Source: Atractiella rhizophila
Taxonomy: Eukaryota
NCBI GenBank assembly: GCA_021432655.1
Contig: MU271501.1
Coordinates: 12,687-52,258 of the forward strand
Length of the DNA: 39,572 nucleotides
Direction: 5' to 3'
Below are positions 1 through 11,590 of this stretch, one piece after another. The notes beneath the pieces were generated by a model that was given only the letters and a program-made list of their open reading frames with translations, was not told where the DNA came from and did no database searches. The translations under genes and the position numbers were made by a program. Within the stretch, counting starts at the first letter, position 1. Each line of letters opens with the position of its first letter.

Positions 1-469
1 GGAAAGGACGCCTTCCATCTCCGCGTCCGAGTCCACCCCTTCCATGTCATCAGGATCAACAAGATGTTATCGTGTGCCGGAGCCGATCGACTCCAAACTG
101 GAATGCGCGGTGCTTGGGGAAAGCCTTACGGAACAGTGGCCAGGGTCAACATTGGCCAAATTATTCTTTCTATCAGGTGCAAGGACTCCAACAAGGCCAT
201 CGTCATGGAGGCTCTCAGGCGTGCCCAGTACAAGTTCCCCGGAAGGCAGAAGATCATTGTGTCGAAGAAGTGGGGCTTTACCGACCTAAACAGGGAGGAG
301 TTTGTCCAGGCCAGGGCTGAAGGCAAATTGAGGAATGACGGTGCTTATGTTCAAGTGAGTCTCTCTTCAATGACACTCCGCAAAGATGTTGACGAAGCCT
401 GCTTCTCAGTTTCACAAGGAGAAGGGTAATCTTGAGAAGAATCTTAAAGCTATTGCTGCCTCCGCTTAG
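1..469 (+). CDS. RPL10: 60S ribosomal protein L10 (uL16), 3' portion; 5' end lies outside the window
   Basis: Frame from base 1 reads [42 protein letters not shown]...[17 protein letters not shown]. Intron 355-409 (GTGAGT..CAG); last exon 410-469 encodes [19 protein letters not shown]. Confidence 0.98.
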
Positions 470-617
470 TTCTCATGATTCTGCAATATTACCCCTTATT
501 CCATATTGATGGCGAAATGTGACGGACTCCATTCTGAGAACTGATTCATGCGGCAAAGATACGACAATTAGGAAGAATAACCAATGTAGAACAGCACAAC
601 GAAGCGCTCCACGCTCC

Positions 618-1280
618 TCAAAATCGTCTCTCTTTCTTTAGCCTCCTCGGACCGTCTTCCTCATCCTCTTCCCCAGATTCCCCAAAAGCTCCTTTCCCTC
701 TCACAATCCTCAACTTGCCTTCAGGAATAGCAGGGACCTCAGGCTCCCTGATGCGGATATCTCCCTCCTCTTCATCCTCATTGCTATCCTTCCCATCGAC
801 TTTTAAAACATCCGGTTGACTGACGTCCTCCTCACTCAGCTTTCCGAAAACGTCCTCTTCCTCCTTGTTAGGTTGAAGCAAAGGCAGCTGGTAGTCGTGA
901 TTCGGTTTTCCCTCCGCAGGGTCCGAAAGGTCCAAATGTTGCAGCTGAGGTTCCTTCTTCGCGCCATAGGCTGCTCTAGGATCGAGGATCCTCTGATTCT
1001 CCATTTGAAGGGAAACGTCTACGCGGCCATCGGGAGCTGTGTAGAACATGCCGAAGAGTGAGGAGAGGAAGACAAAGACAGCGATGGTGAAGACAAGGTT
1101 CCAGAGAATCGACACGACGTTCCCGACCTGAAAGCCGCTCTTAGCGCGGGAGACGGTGCTGGGTGCACCCTTGATGTGTTGAGGGAGAGATTTGGTGAGT
1201 GAGGACTGCTGAGAGAATGTGGAACGGTGACGAGCAGCGTCGTTCATCGCCCTCGAGGTCGTACGTGCATGGGCCTGCAT
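618..1280 (-). CDS. Hypothetical single-pass membrane protein with acidic C-terminal region
   Basis: Long open frame 618-1346 with one hydrophobic segment (VVSILWNLVFTIAVFVFLSSLFGMFY). A probable 5'UTR intron (GTGAGT at ~1370 to CAG at ~1300) makes the ATG at 1280 the likely start. No family recognised. Confidence 0.6.
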   Translation of the reverse strand: MQAHARTTSRAMNDAARHRSTFSQQSSLTKSLPQHIKGAPSTVSRAKSGFQVGNVVSILWNLVFTIAVFVFLSSLFGMFYTAPDGRVDVSLQMENQRILDPRAAYGAKKEPQLQHLDLSDPAEGKPNHDYQLPLLQPNKEEEDVFGKLSEEDVSQPDVLKVDGKDSNEDEEEGDIRIREPEVPAIPEGKLRIVRGKGAFGESGEEDEEDGPRRLKKERRF

Positions 1281-2003
1281 GTTGACGGTGGGAAAAAGAC
1301 TGGTTGGAGTCTTTCGCACAGGTTCTTCCATTAACACCACCCCCATTCAAGGATAATGGGAACGACTCACTGAGAAGATATCTCTAGGTGTGAAATGAGC
1401 GTGGTATCTTCAACGAGCGTAGCCTGTCCAACATCCCAATTAGGCACTTAATGCTGAGAAAAAGAGGTCGCACAGATGGGCACAGATGAATTGAAGCCAA
1501 TTAGGCTGTAGAGCGTTGCGCTATGTGTGCGATTCACTGGATCGTCGTTGCTTATCCTAGGTTCTAGGATGCACACAGGATTAGAAGCGAGATTAGAGTT
1601 GTGCACTGCCTATTATCAGATCACAATTTCTGATTGATGATAACAAAGATATTTGTAAACCTGAATTAGCTGGAGCCTACGTGCCGAGAAGTAGGTACAA
1701 CAAACAAATAATTGGAGAGAATACACACAAAAGCTTGAAGACTGGAAGCTAGAGAATATCGAAATTGAAACAGACGCAGAGAAGGTGTTACTACATAAAT
1801 GAGTTGTGAAGTGGATGTTGGGATGTTGGGATGAGGTGCTGGCGCTGTGTGTTCACATTTGAGTTGGAGAGAATAGACGACAAAGGGTGGAATAGAAAAT
1901 CAAAAATGCCTTTTATGTAAACCTTCCAGTCCGCGATCGACGTCGGGTAGAGATGGCGTAGAAGGTAAAACCTTTAGGTGAACAGATATGGCCGGGGAGG
2001 AAT

Positions 2004-2665
2004 TCACTCTTCCTCCTCATCGCTATGGACCATCCGGAATTCGGGACGACCCCTCGGATATCTCGTAGCAAAGTCAAGTTCTCTTCTAAAGAGCCTATTT
2101 CACACGACGGAATCAATTACTCACTTCTCTGACGGAAAGAAGGGAACACATACAGCACATGCGGTTCTGGGGCATGAATCTCATACTATCCACCATCATA
2201 AACAGTCCCGTGGTTGAAGTGAAAGGAGGAGCGTACATGTTCCCAACCCAAGCTTTGTTGGATGCCAATGCTGCGCCATTCCGATTCTGTCATGATCTTG
2301 AACGCCCGTTTTTCTCGGCTGTACAGCTGCTCTGGCCTATTCAAAGTCGGTTCTCAGACTAACAGATACAGGGATAGTGGTTGCTGCAACGAACATGAAC
2401 TTGAGCATCTGCTTGGGAAGGATAACATGTCTATATTCGTAGCTCTCGTCTTCGTATCGCGCGCCTATCGGGACAAAAGCATAAGAAGACCTGATCGACT
2501 CGGCGGGAAATGGTGAGAAAAGCTCACTGTAAGTGACTTTATCGAGTAGGTCTTGGTCTGCATCCCGTTTATGAACTCGCTCAGCTTGGAAGCAAGAACC
2601 AGAAGAGACCCACAGATTTTAAGGAGCTCGGCTTGCGACATTTGAGGTTTTTGGGAGGACGACAT
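2004..2665 (-). CDS. CKS1: Cyclin-dependent kinase regulatory subunit Cks1/Suc1 (6 exons)
   Basis: Hand splicing (first introns 2613-2558 and 2527-2465) gives MSSSQKPQMSQAELLKIYQDLLDKVTYSARYEDESYEYRHVILPKQMLKFMPEQLYSREKRAFKIMTESEWRSIGIQQSLGWEHYEIHAPEPHVLLFRRELDFATRYPRGRPEFRMVHSDEEEE*. Contains the Cks signatures YEYRHV.LPK, EWR..GI.QS.GW.HY and H.PEPH.LLFRR. Confidence 0.95.
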
Positions 2666-2817
2666 CCTTTGCCTTGTCTCGTCAGCTTCGAGCCTTCTCT
2701 GTTGTGAGATGTTGGTAGTTATTTTCTGTTATTTGACTTGTTTCTGTATTTTGCTTCCGAGGGTGGCAAATTCCAGCCAACAACCAACTTGACGCATTAT
2801 ACCTTCTCAATCCAAGC

Positions 2818-3943
2818 ATGGGAAACGACGGGGGCTCCATTCCAAAGCGAGATGACTTAGTAAAGAACAAGGCAAAGAGTGAGAAAGTGGACTCGGAGAG
2901 CCACACTCTCGCTACTTGGTTTTATTGCCAGCTTTCAAAGGTTCGTCCCTGCCAAACCTCAGAGAAAGATGGATTGATAGGATTTGGGCGCAACTGGTAG
3001 GAGCTTTTAAGGGCTCCAGTCGTGTCCTGCAGACTAGGGAAGCTATACAACAAGGACGCCGTCATCTCATTCCTACTCCATCGCTCTTCCGCCTCCTCAA
3101 CAGCTGCTACATCCTCTTTCGGCGCTGACGGAGCACTCGTCGCCTCTCACCTCACCTCCCTGAAGGACGTAACGACGCTGAACCTCACTCCAAATCCCGC
3201 ATTCTCGCCAAAAGAGGGGAAGAACGGTAACGCTACCTTCGGAACCGTGGCGGACGGGAAAGCGCAATGGGTTTGCCCAATCAGTATGAAAGAGATGAAC
3301 GGGTTGAGTGGCAAGTTTGGGTATTTTGAAGAGTGCGGCTGCGTCCTTTCAGAGCAAGGCTTGAAGGAAGTACGGGCCTCTACTTCCAAATCCGCCACCA
3401 CAGCGTCGTCTTCTGAGGAACCATCTACTTCAACTTCGGCGACCCCCGAGCTTCTGTCTTGTCCGGTCTGCGCCACGGAGAGGCGGAAGGAAGACGAACA
3501 CTTCATCATCATTAATCCAAAAGGCACAGATCTTGACCTTGCAAAGGCTGCCGTGGAACTGAAGGTGAAAGAAGCGGAGGAAGAGCGAGCAGCGAAGAAG
3601 AGGTTGAAGGCTGAAGCTAAAGCGGCTAAGAAGAGGAAAGCAGGTGATTCTGATGCCCCAGCTTCAAAAGACGGAGTTCCAGATGAGCCATCGCTCAAGA
3701 AGAGTAAGAAGGAGAATGGGAGGGGAATGTCAGTGCTTCCGAAGAATGGGATTGAGAAGGAGGTTTTGGATGCGGTATCTAAAGCGAAGGAAAAAATGAG
3801 CCCAGCGGTCGCGGCCCTGTATCAGAAGGGAACAGGGCAGAAAGAAACTTGGTGAGTCACTTCTTTTTTGACACCTTGATAAAGAAAGCTGATGAGATAC
3901 GGAAAGGATGACGAGAGGTACTTGGACTCGTTATGCCGGTTGA
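2818..3943 (+). CDS. RTF2: Replication termination factor 2 (Rtf2 RING-like family)
   Basis: N-terminus MGNDGGSIPKRDDLVK; motifs LGKLYNKDAVI, CPISMKEMNG, CGCVLSE, CPVC; C-terminus WMTRGTWTRYAG*. Introns 2941-3000 and 3852-3906. Confidence 0.93.
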
Positions 3944-4139
3944 TCTTCGCCTTATTTAGCAGCTTTTGGTTCGTTTGACGTTAACACTTTCAGTCCTTTG
4001 TACAATCGTTGTTGTTGCGAAATGTTGATCATCATTTGATTCAGTTCGCAAGACGCAGAAGTAGAACGCAGATACAAATCAGAGAAAGACCGGCAAGACC
4101 CAAAAACACGACTACTCGTCCCTTATCAAACCAACAGCT

Positions 4140-5746
4140 TCAGAACCTTTCATAATCAACCTTCTCCAGATCACCGTCAGATCCCAACAGCAGCTCGCCA
4201 CGACTTCCACTTGACCCATAGGTCAGCTCGCTTCCGCTCGCAATACTTCCACCAGAAGTGGACGGGCGATAGACGTAAATTTTGGGTGGTGGGGGCAGAG
4301 GCATCGAATGTCGGAAGCCATTGTGGGGGTGAGACGACACGTCGAACCCGAAGCTGCTTGACCGTGAAATGGCAGCTGTCTTGGGTCTCGATGGGCGGGA
4401 GGGCGAAGAAGAGTGTGAACGGAATATGCCGCGAGTTATGCCGAAGAGGAGAACGTTCACAAGGCCGGAGAGAGTGAAGATTGCTCCTGCTCGCACACCT
4501 TGAGGTCAAGGAAAGAAATGGTGTTATCTCATTAGACATACCAACTGCACTTTGGGCGGCGCGTGGCCATGTGTAACCTGCTATTCCGGCGAGACGGAAG
4601 GTGGCGAGCGGCATGGACAGGAGGATGTACGCCAGAGGATAACTGTCCCGCCCCCCATCTTTCAGCCTCGATCCAGATCAAGGCAGCAGGGAGGAGAACA
4701 TACACCAGCATCTTCTTCGCCATTTTATCCAACACCACACAAGTGAGCCTCTCAGCGCTCGCAGATCTCGGAACAGCTCCCCAGTTATTTGGAATCGCCG
4801 TCGAGAATTGACCACTCTCAGTTTCCATCCTCCTTCTACTCTGCTCTTCTTCACTCCTCAACCTTTGCCGAAGGCTCACAAAGCACAAGGCGTAGAAGAG
4901 AAGAGATCCCGCTGCAGAGATGAAGATGAAGAGGTAGTGGAACCAGAGTCGCGCCAGGTCGTAGTTCTTCCCAATCCAGCACCACGTCCCCGCAGCGGTG
5001 TAGAATGGACCGCTGGCGGCGGTTTGGAGCAAGAGAGGTCCAGCGATGGAGAGACCTATGATGAGGATCCAGACGGAGGCGATGACAAGGACGATAGACC
5101 AAGTTGGAGGCTTGTATTCGAGGACGATGAAAAGCATGGTGTGGACGGCAATGATCAGGCTCTACCGAGACACTTTCAATCGTCAAGTTGTGAGAAATGG
5201 GATGGACGACGTACCCATATCGCGCTCCCGACATCGCCACCCTCGATTGCCAATGCCTGGACGGTGCAGACGCCTTGGTGAGATCCGAACCTGTCACCGA
5301 TCCAATACTGTCCAAATCAACGAAAAAACGCGTCAGGCTCTGCGCTTCGTCTAGGAAAAGGAGAAGGAGCAACAAACGTAGTTGAGGCCAAACCCAAAAG
5401 ACTGTACGAAATCAGAAATCAAGAGGTTAATGAAGAGTGCCCCAAACTGGGTGTTGAGGAATTGGATCTGCCCTCGTTGCTTCTGTCTTCGAAGTGTGTC
5501 GAGCAGAGGGGTTTTGTGGTCATAGCGGGTGCGAAAGTAGACCATCAATGCGTACCCAACAAGGGAGATGCAGGCGAGGAACGACAACTGGTGAATATTC
5601 GTTAGAGAGTCGAAGGAGGTCAGAGGGAAAGTACCGATGCTGCAACGGCAACAACCTGAACACAGTCGATGAGCCCACTTCAAACGACGAGGAGTATATC
5701 GACATACTGCAATCTCTGCTCTTGGATTCTCTTTAATTTCGGTCAT
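4140..5746 (-). CDS. Fungal 7-TM G-protein-coupled receptor, Git3/cAMP-receptor-like
   Basis: Spliced fragments: LFINLLISDFVQSFGF, CTVQALAIEGGDVGSAIW, IIAVHT, FYTAAGTWCWIGKNYDLARLWFHYLFIF, AKKMLVYPLAYILLSMPLATFRL, IFTLSGLVNVLLFGITR. About seven hydrophobic segments and several GT-AG introns. Confidence 0.85.
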
Positions 5747-6757
5747 ACCAAACAGATAACAGACAAGCTAGCGATATTCAGCAACAACAAACGTTATGCA
5801 AGGAAAACAAGAAATACGAAGAAGTGAGAGTGGATAATACGAAACTGCTTTATGAAACGATGGTTGACCAAAAGCGAAGGAGAGGGTGATATCAGGAAGA
5901 GAGGAGGTGGGTTTTAAATAGTAGGAGTATCATGGTGGTGGCAACAAGCCCCTTTAACGTCGTATCGAGCGACAGGTGAGAAAAGCGGGAAGTGCACAAT
6001 TCGATCATTTTTCCCGCCACTTCTGCTTCCAGAATGTGAACTTACAGCAATCGCAGAAACCCTGTTCCTGCGGTGCCTTACCCTGCTCATGTTCCATGGT
6101 GGTCTTTGAAAATATGGCCACAAGCATGAACACGGAGAGCCCACCCGGTGAAAGCACTGCACCAAACTTCGGAATCAGATGAACTGCTATAAGTGATAGG
6201 AGACAAAGCTCCCTGATGGTGAACGAGTCGCTCGAGCAAGTTGAAGCTTGAAGACTCTTCGGACAACGTTTCGGGAATCGAGTCTGACGAGATGTTTTGG
6301 TATATTCGATTGTTCCAACATAAGTAGGACATAAAAACGTACTTTCGAATCAATCAAGATTACTTATCTCAGTGGAACTTGTGTGTCTCTGTCTCTAATC
6401 AGACTTCGAAATGAAATACGAAGGGTATGAAGGAGGATTCAATTCAAACTCAAGAGCTCAAGCAAAGCGGAAGCGTGAAGTGAAGCAAGTCAATCAATGG
6501 AATCGGCCAATGGATGAAATGGGAGCATAAGAAAAGATTTGTTCACATTCAATCGAGACGAGACGTAGTGTGCCAAAAAGTTGGATAAGTAGAGGGGTAG
6601 AAGGAGGAAAAGAAGAGCAGAGAGCAAGATACACCGTGACCGATTCCAAGTGAATCATTCATAGTTCGACAACAATAGATCACTTCTTTAATCATCAAAG
6701 AAAGGCACAAAGCAAGTCAACGCAACAGACCACCCATCGGCTTCCATACCAATCTCA

Positions 6758-8921
6758 TCACCTGCCCATCCCTCGTCCACTGTCTTCCCTCGTGATGGCG
6801 CGCATAAGAGCCATGGGGTCCACTTTCTTCTTCACCTTCAACTCGCCGACGTCGACGTCTGGATCAAGATCTGGCAGTCCACCAGAGGTAATGGCCTCCA
6901 GTTCAGCCTTGACCTTCTTATTCGTCTCTTCAATCTCAATCGACGACACCTCCAGGGCCTGGTTCAGTCGATGTACGAGGTTATTGAACGTCAGCGCCTG
7001 CATCCCATTCGTCCGTCATCGCTCACATTTCTATATTAAACATGGGAAGCAAAGGGACGAACCTGAATGTCCAACGCGTCTACCAATCCCGCGACCTCCG
7101 TCCCCAGCGCGCTCTTCTCGGAATCCTCCTCTGGGACAGGCGCCAATCTACTCTTCCTCCTCTTCCTCCCCTCCTTCTCTCCACCTTGCGCAGATTGTAA
7201 CAATGCGACCAGTTTCTCCGCTGATCTCGTTGCCGAATCCACGTCCTTCACCGCGGCAGGTTGGAGGAGGGAGGGGTCGATGGAATTAGAGGCATCGAGG
7301 AGCGTCTTTTTGTCTATCGTTTCGGGATCGTGAGAGGTGGAGGTAGGGGCGCTGGCGGATGAGGAAGGAAGGGAAGCGAGTGCTGATAGGCGTGTAGAGA
7401 AGTCTTGATATGTCTTCACGGTCGCATTCCGCGCTTTAGATTCTTCATCAATCCTTTACAGAAGAGTATAAGAAAGTCGTTCCTCTATATAATCCACCTA
7501 AAAAAGCAACTCACTTGTTATATATCTTTATCAACTGATCCCTCAGGTCCAAATTGGAAGCATCTGAAGGGTTCGGCGGCAGATTCCTCTGCTGAGCGAC
7601 TGGCATTATTCCCTATCCAAAATCTAAGTTACTCACTCGCTCCGCACGAAAAGGAGAAGGGACGAACCTTTCCCAACCAGCTCAAATCGACCTTCTTACT
7701 CGTTACGCGCTCCAAATGTCCTTCTATCGCCTTCAACGCCACCTTTTTCGCCTTCTCCGTCATGGCCGTCGACGGTGGAATGGTGGAGAGGTTGTCGCGT
7801 TTCCGCATGCCTCCCCAAGCCACGAGCGCGCGGAACTTGATAGCTGGCGGGTCGGTGATGTTCAAGTGTCGATAAAGGGAGGCATCGTCTATCGCAGGAT
7901 GGGGTGGCACTGATTATTCGTCGCACTCAGCCCATCGTCCACCTCGAAATAAAGAAAGTAATTCCAAAGAGGACATACCATCGAATCCGCTCCCGATGCT
8001 GCTCGCTCTCTTGCCCCTCAAATCCAAACTCGACCTCCTCTCTCCCTTCCCAACTCCACCATCGTTCCCTCCTCGAGCTCCACGCTTCGGTCCTCCTTCT
8101 CCTCTCAGCGCCGCATTCCGCCGTATCTTTGGTGTCTCCGCGACCGTGACCTCTTGGGAGAACTCTGCGGGGTCATCGGAGGTAGAAGGGGAGTGGTGTG
8201 GTAAGGACGAAAAAAAAAAAAAAGACGAAGAAGGGACATGAGTCGTCTTTCCTCTCTTTGCTGCTCCAGCTCTCCCTCCCCTCGCTGCGGAAGAGGTACC
8301 AGGGGCCTTCCGTTTGCCTTTCCTCCCTCCACCTCCTTCGTCCGGATCCTCGAACGTCAGCGGCTGCTTGGTGAATACGAACTCGTTCGATGTCTCCTCT
8401 TCGTTCGCAGGTGCCGCTTTGGACGTTGGAGGAGGCGAGGGAGGTGATGGGTCTGAGAGTCTAGCGCGTTTGGAGGGCGGTTTGGCCTTTCCCTTCCCTT
8501 TTCCCTTCCCTTTCCCAACCACCGCCTCTCCCTCGTCCTCACCATCGCCTTCGACGGGCGTCGCCGGTCTCTCCTCGCTCTTCCTCTTCCCCAGCCTCAC
8601 CTTCGCATTCCCATTCCCCGTCTCCGCGCCATTCGCCCGCTCACCGCTCAACCGCGCGCTCCTCCTCCTCCCACCCGCTCCTCCACCCCCACCTCCTCCT
8701 CCGCCTATCGATCCCGAGGACGAATCCGCGTGTGCCTGATGCGCGCGCGACGGAGAGGGAGAGGCGGCGGGCGGGATGGTGACGTCCCCCTGGAGCAGCG
8801 CGGGGTTGACGCCGATCGATTTGCGCTGGGTCCTCTGCCGCCTCGCGGGTGGTGCTGGCGGGTCGTTGGTCGTCATGTGGTGTCCGTTCGCAGGGCCGGC
8901 GGAGAGCACGATGGTGGTCAT
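6758..8921 (-). CDS. DSN1: Kinetochore MIS12-complex subunit Dsn1/Mis13
   Basis: Disordered basic N-terminus, then ETPKIRRN, RRSSLDLRGKRASSIGSGF, PHPAIDDASLYRHL..DPPAIKFRALVAW, LPPNP..N and C-terminal VDPMALMRAITR, the motif order of fungal Mis13/Dsn1. Start is 8921 or 8876. Confidence 0.85.
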
Positions 8922-9005
8922 GTACCGGTATTCTTGGTCGATGGCCACGGCAAGCGAAATGGGTCGTCGTCGTATTTTGGAAAGACGCGGAAGCGAAGTC
9001 ATTAG

Positions 9006-9013
9006 GTCACGTG
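9006..9013. promoter_or_regulatory. GTCACGTG E-box (Cbf1/CDEI-type bHLH site) in the divergent DSN1/glutaredoxin promoter
   Basis: Exact RTCACGTG at 9006-9013; function inferred from position. Confidence 0.4.
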
Positions 9014-9169
9014 TAAAGTAAACTAGTAGCATTTCACTCTTATCACTTATCACTATTGCTGTGATGGCGCTGCATCTTACACAACATTCCATTTTCCTCG
9101 ACAAGGACTATGCAACATAAGGATCCTGCAAAAAGAGAAAACAAAGAGGAAAAGGAAAAAAGTGTGAAA

Positions 9170-9179
9170 ATCACGTGAT
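9170..9179. promoter_or_regulatory. Palindromic ATCACGTGAT E-box in the same divergent promoter
   Basis: Perfect 10-bp palindrome 22 nt upstream of the glutaredoxin ATG; function inferred. Confidence 0.4.
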
Positions 9180-9201
9180 CCTTTATTCACGACACGAAAT
9201 C

Positions 9202-10410
9202 ATGATGACGAGCTTCCCGCGTGTGCTGCTCCTTCTGCCTCTGCTGGCGCTAGGCATCTTCCTGTACACGCGCGCGTCGACCTCCGCCATCTCCGTCTCG
9301 TATCCGCCCTCCCGCTTCGACGCGGGCAGCACCAAGGACATCGAGCCGCAGAGCTGGGCTCAATGGGTCGCACTGGGCCGTGGCAGGGAGCGGCTGCACA
9401 CGAGCACCTCCAAGCTCTTTCGCGGCATCTCTCCGTCTCCTTCCGCCGATGGCAGCGGCGAAACATACTTTGAGCGGCGGGGAGAGCTGCCAGGTGCGGA
9501 CGGGGAGGTGGGGAGGGACATCGAGCGCATGTTTCTTTCACTTGGTGTGCATCAGCATCAACAACATCAACATGGGGAGAAGAGGAAAGGTTCGCTGTCC
9601 ATCTCTCCTTCGGAGCGGCACGGGCTGCTAGGGGGCTCCAACCCGCACTGGGAGTCTGGTCTCGTCTCCCACGGGCTCTACCTCGGCGCACCGACCCAGC
9701 GCACGCTTTCCAAGTCTCTCTCCCTCTCTCCCTCTCCTCCCTCCTCCTCTCTCCTTAAAGCCCAATCCCACATCCTCAGCCACGCATGGACGCTCCATTC
9801 TTCCTCGGAGGAAGAGGACGCGGCCAAGTTGCAGAGGGAGTTGAAGACCCATCAGGAGATGAGGGAGAAGGTGCCTCTGATGGAACTTGTGAGGGGAGGA
9901 GAGGATGAGAGAGAGGCAATGCAGTGGAGGCAGACCGCGGCGGGATTGTGGAGCAGGATTTATGGTGCTTATGAGGGTTGGAGTGGGAAGAGCGCTCTCC
10001 AAGAGAGCATCGAGCGGCTGGTCAGGAAGGAAAAGATTGTGGTGTTTAGCAAAACTACTTGTCCGTAGGTCCTCTCACTCCTTCCTTTCCTTGTCATACT
10101 TCTTTCCAAACATGATTATATCACAGATACTCGCGAAAAGCTAAAGCTCTGCTCACACACCACTCCATCCCCTTCACCCCAATAGAGGTCGACCTCCGTC
10201 GTATGTAGACTAACCATAACGCACGCCGGAACAGCGGACCTGACGCTCCTCAAGCCCCTCCTCACATCCCTCACATCCCACAGCACCTTCCCAAACATCA
10301 TCATCGCTGGTCGGTCCATCGGCGGGAGCGATGACTTGGAGAGGTCCAGGGCTACCGGCGAGTTGAAGAGGGTGTTGGAGGAGGTCGGGGTGTCATTTAC
10401 TGGACTTTGA
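9202..10410 (+). CDS. Signal-anchored monothiol glutaredoxin (CPYS; Grx6/Grx7-like architecture)
   Basis: N-terminal anchor VLLLLPLLALGIFLY. C-terminal domain KIVVFSKTTCPYSRKAKALL...EVDLRPD...TSHSTFPNIIIAGRSIGGSDDL. Introns 10065-10126 and 10201-10234. Confidence 0.9.
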
Positions 10411-10558
10411 TCACATACTTTATAAGATATTAAGGGGACGTCGTTGCATTGAAGGTTCGGAGGTAAGTATACCTGTTGTTTGAGGCACGGACTCCATTGG
10501 TTCCTTTGTACGACCGTAGAGTAATTAGGATGGATATGTTATGTCTGGCCATCTCATT

Positions 10559-11590
10559 TCAAGTTGGCATACTTGCTTGCGGAGTGGAGGAAGGAGTGTC
10601 GCTCAAGCACTGTTCTGAAGCAATAAATTGCACAGATAGATCGTTGAATACATCCTGCCCAACTGCCTGTGGGGCATGTGGAAGAGGGAGCGAACTGAAA
10701 GCAGGAGCTATCTACTCGTGAGAAAAGACCTGGGCACACAACGAAAGAGTGAAGAGGACGAGGCGCACCGTGCTTGAATATGTTCGGGATCACAGCCTTT
10801 ACGTCGTTGGAAATCTCGCTGCGTCGCAATGGTTTAATCAGCAACTTATGTCTTGGTGTGAAAGAGAGGAAAGCGACCTGATATAATAGTGCGACATGTC
10901 GTTGCCCAGAAAGACGACGTTGGATGCGGACTGTGCCATGTTTGTCTCTAGGATCTTTTCAAAGAGCCATCGCGGAGCGTGAGGCAAATAGGCTAGCGTG
11001 GGAACATCAAAGTTCAGCGATGGCTGGTCTACTGTCAGATGTAGGTCCTCTCAGTGATATGATAAAGAGAACAATCACCTGCTCAGCTCGAACTGTGAAG
11101 CCAAAGCTCGAGAGGAAGGCTTTTTCTTCATCCGAAAACACAGGATCGAAAAGCTCCACATCCGTGGATGATATCTGTGATGATGGACGTTGGTAAAAGT
11201 CGCAAGATGGAGAGAAAATACACACCATGAACTTATTTTGCAGATGAACAAGCAAACCCAGCTGCGTTCTCCCCTTCCGTCCAGTCAACCCCTCCAAAGT
11301 GCCCAATCCCAAACACAAGATCTTCCTCGGTCTACTATTCACAGGCACTTGATTCAACAGATCTTCCTTTGTGTTCCATGAGCTCTCTTCATCATCAACG
11401 TTGAAAGTGGGCCCTCACCATCCACCCGGTTCAGCCATCCCTCCTCCGACAGCGCTTCACGCCGTTCTTCGTAAAGCTGTCCCAATGTCGCTGCCTCCTG
11501 AGCTTTTCCTTTGCGCTTTTTCGGTCTCCCTTTCTGGCCGCGCACGACCAAGGTAAAATCATCCTTTGTGAGACTCTCATCTGGCTCCAT
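10559..11590 (-). CDS. SRR1-domain protein (SRR1/Ber1-like)
   Basis: Spliced fragments KILCLGLGT...QLGLL, VELFDPVFSDEEKAFL, TLAYLPHAPRWLFEKILETN, VVFLGNDMSHY and VFNDLSVQF match the SRR1 motif order. Internal exon boundaries are approximate. Confidence 0.82.

Noticed and set aside
9006..9180. Point centromere (CDEI + AT-rich CDEII) beside a kinetochore gene
   Set aside because: No CDEIII-like element recognised, the spacer is not extremely AT-rich, it sits in a short divergent promoter, and point centromeres are a Saccharomycetaceae feature.
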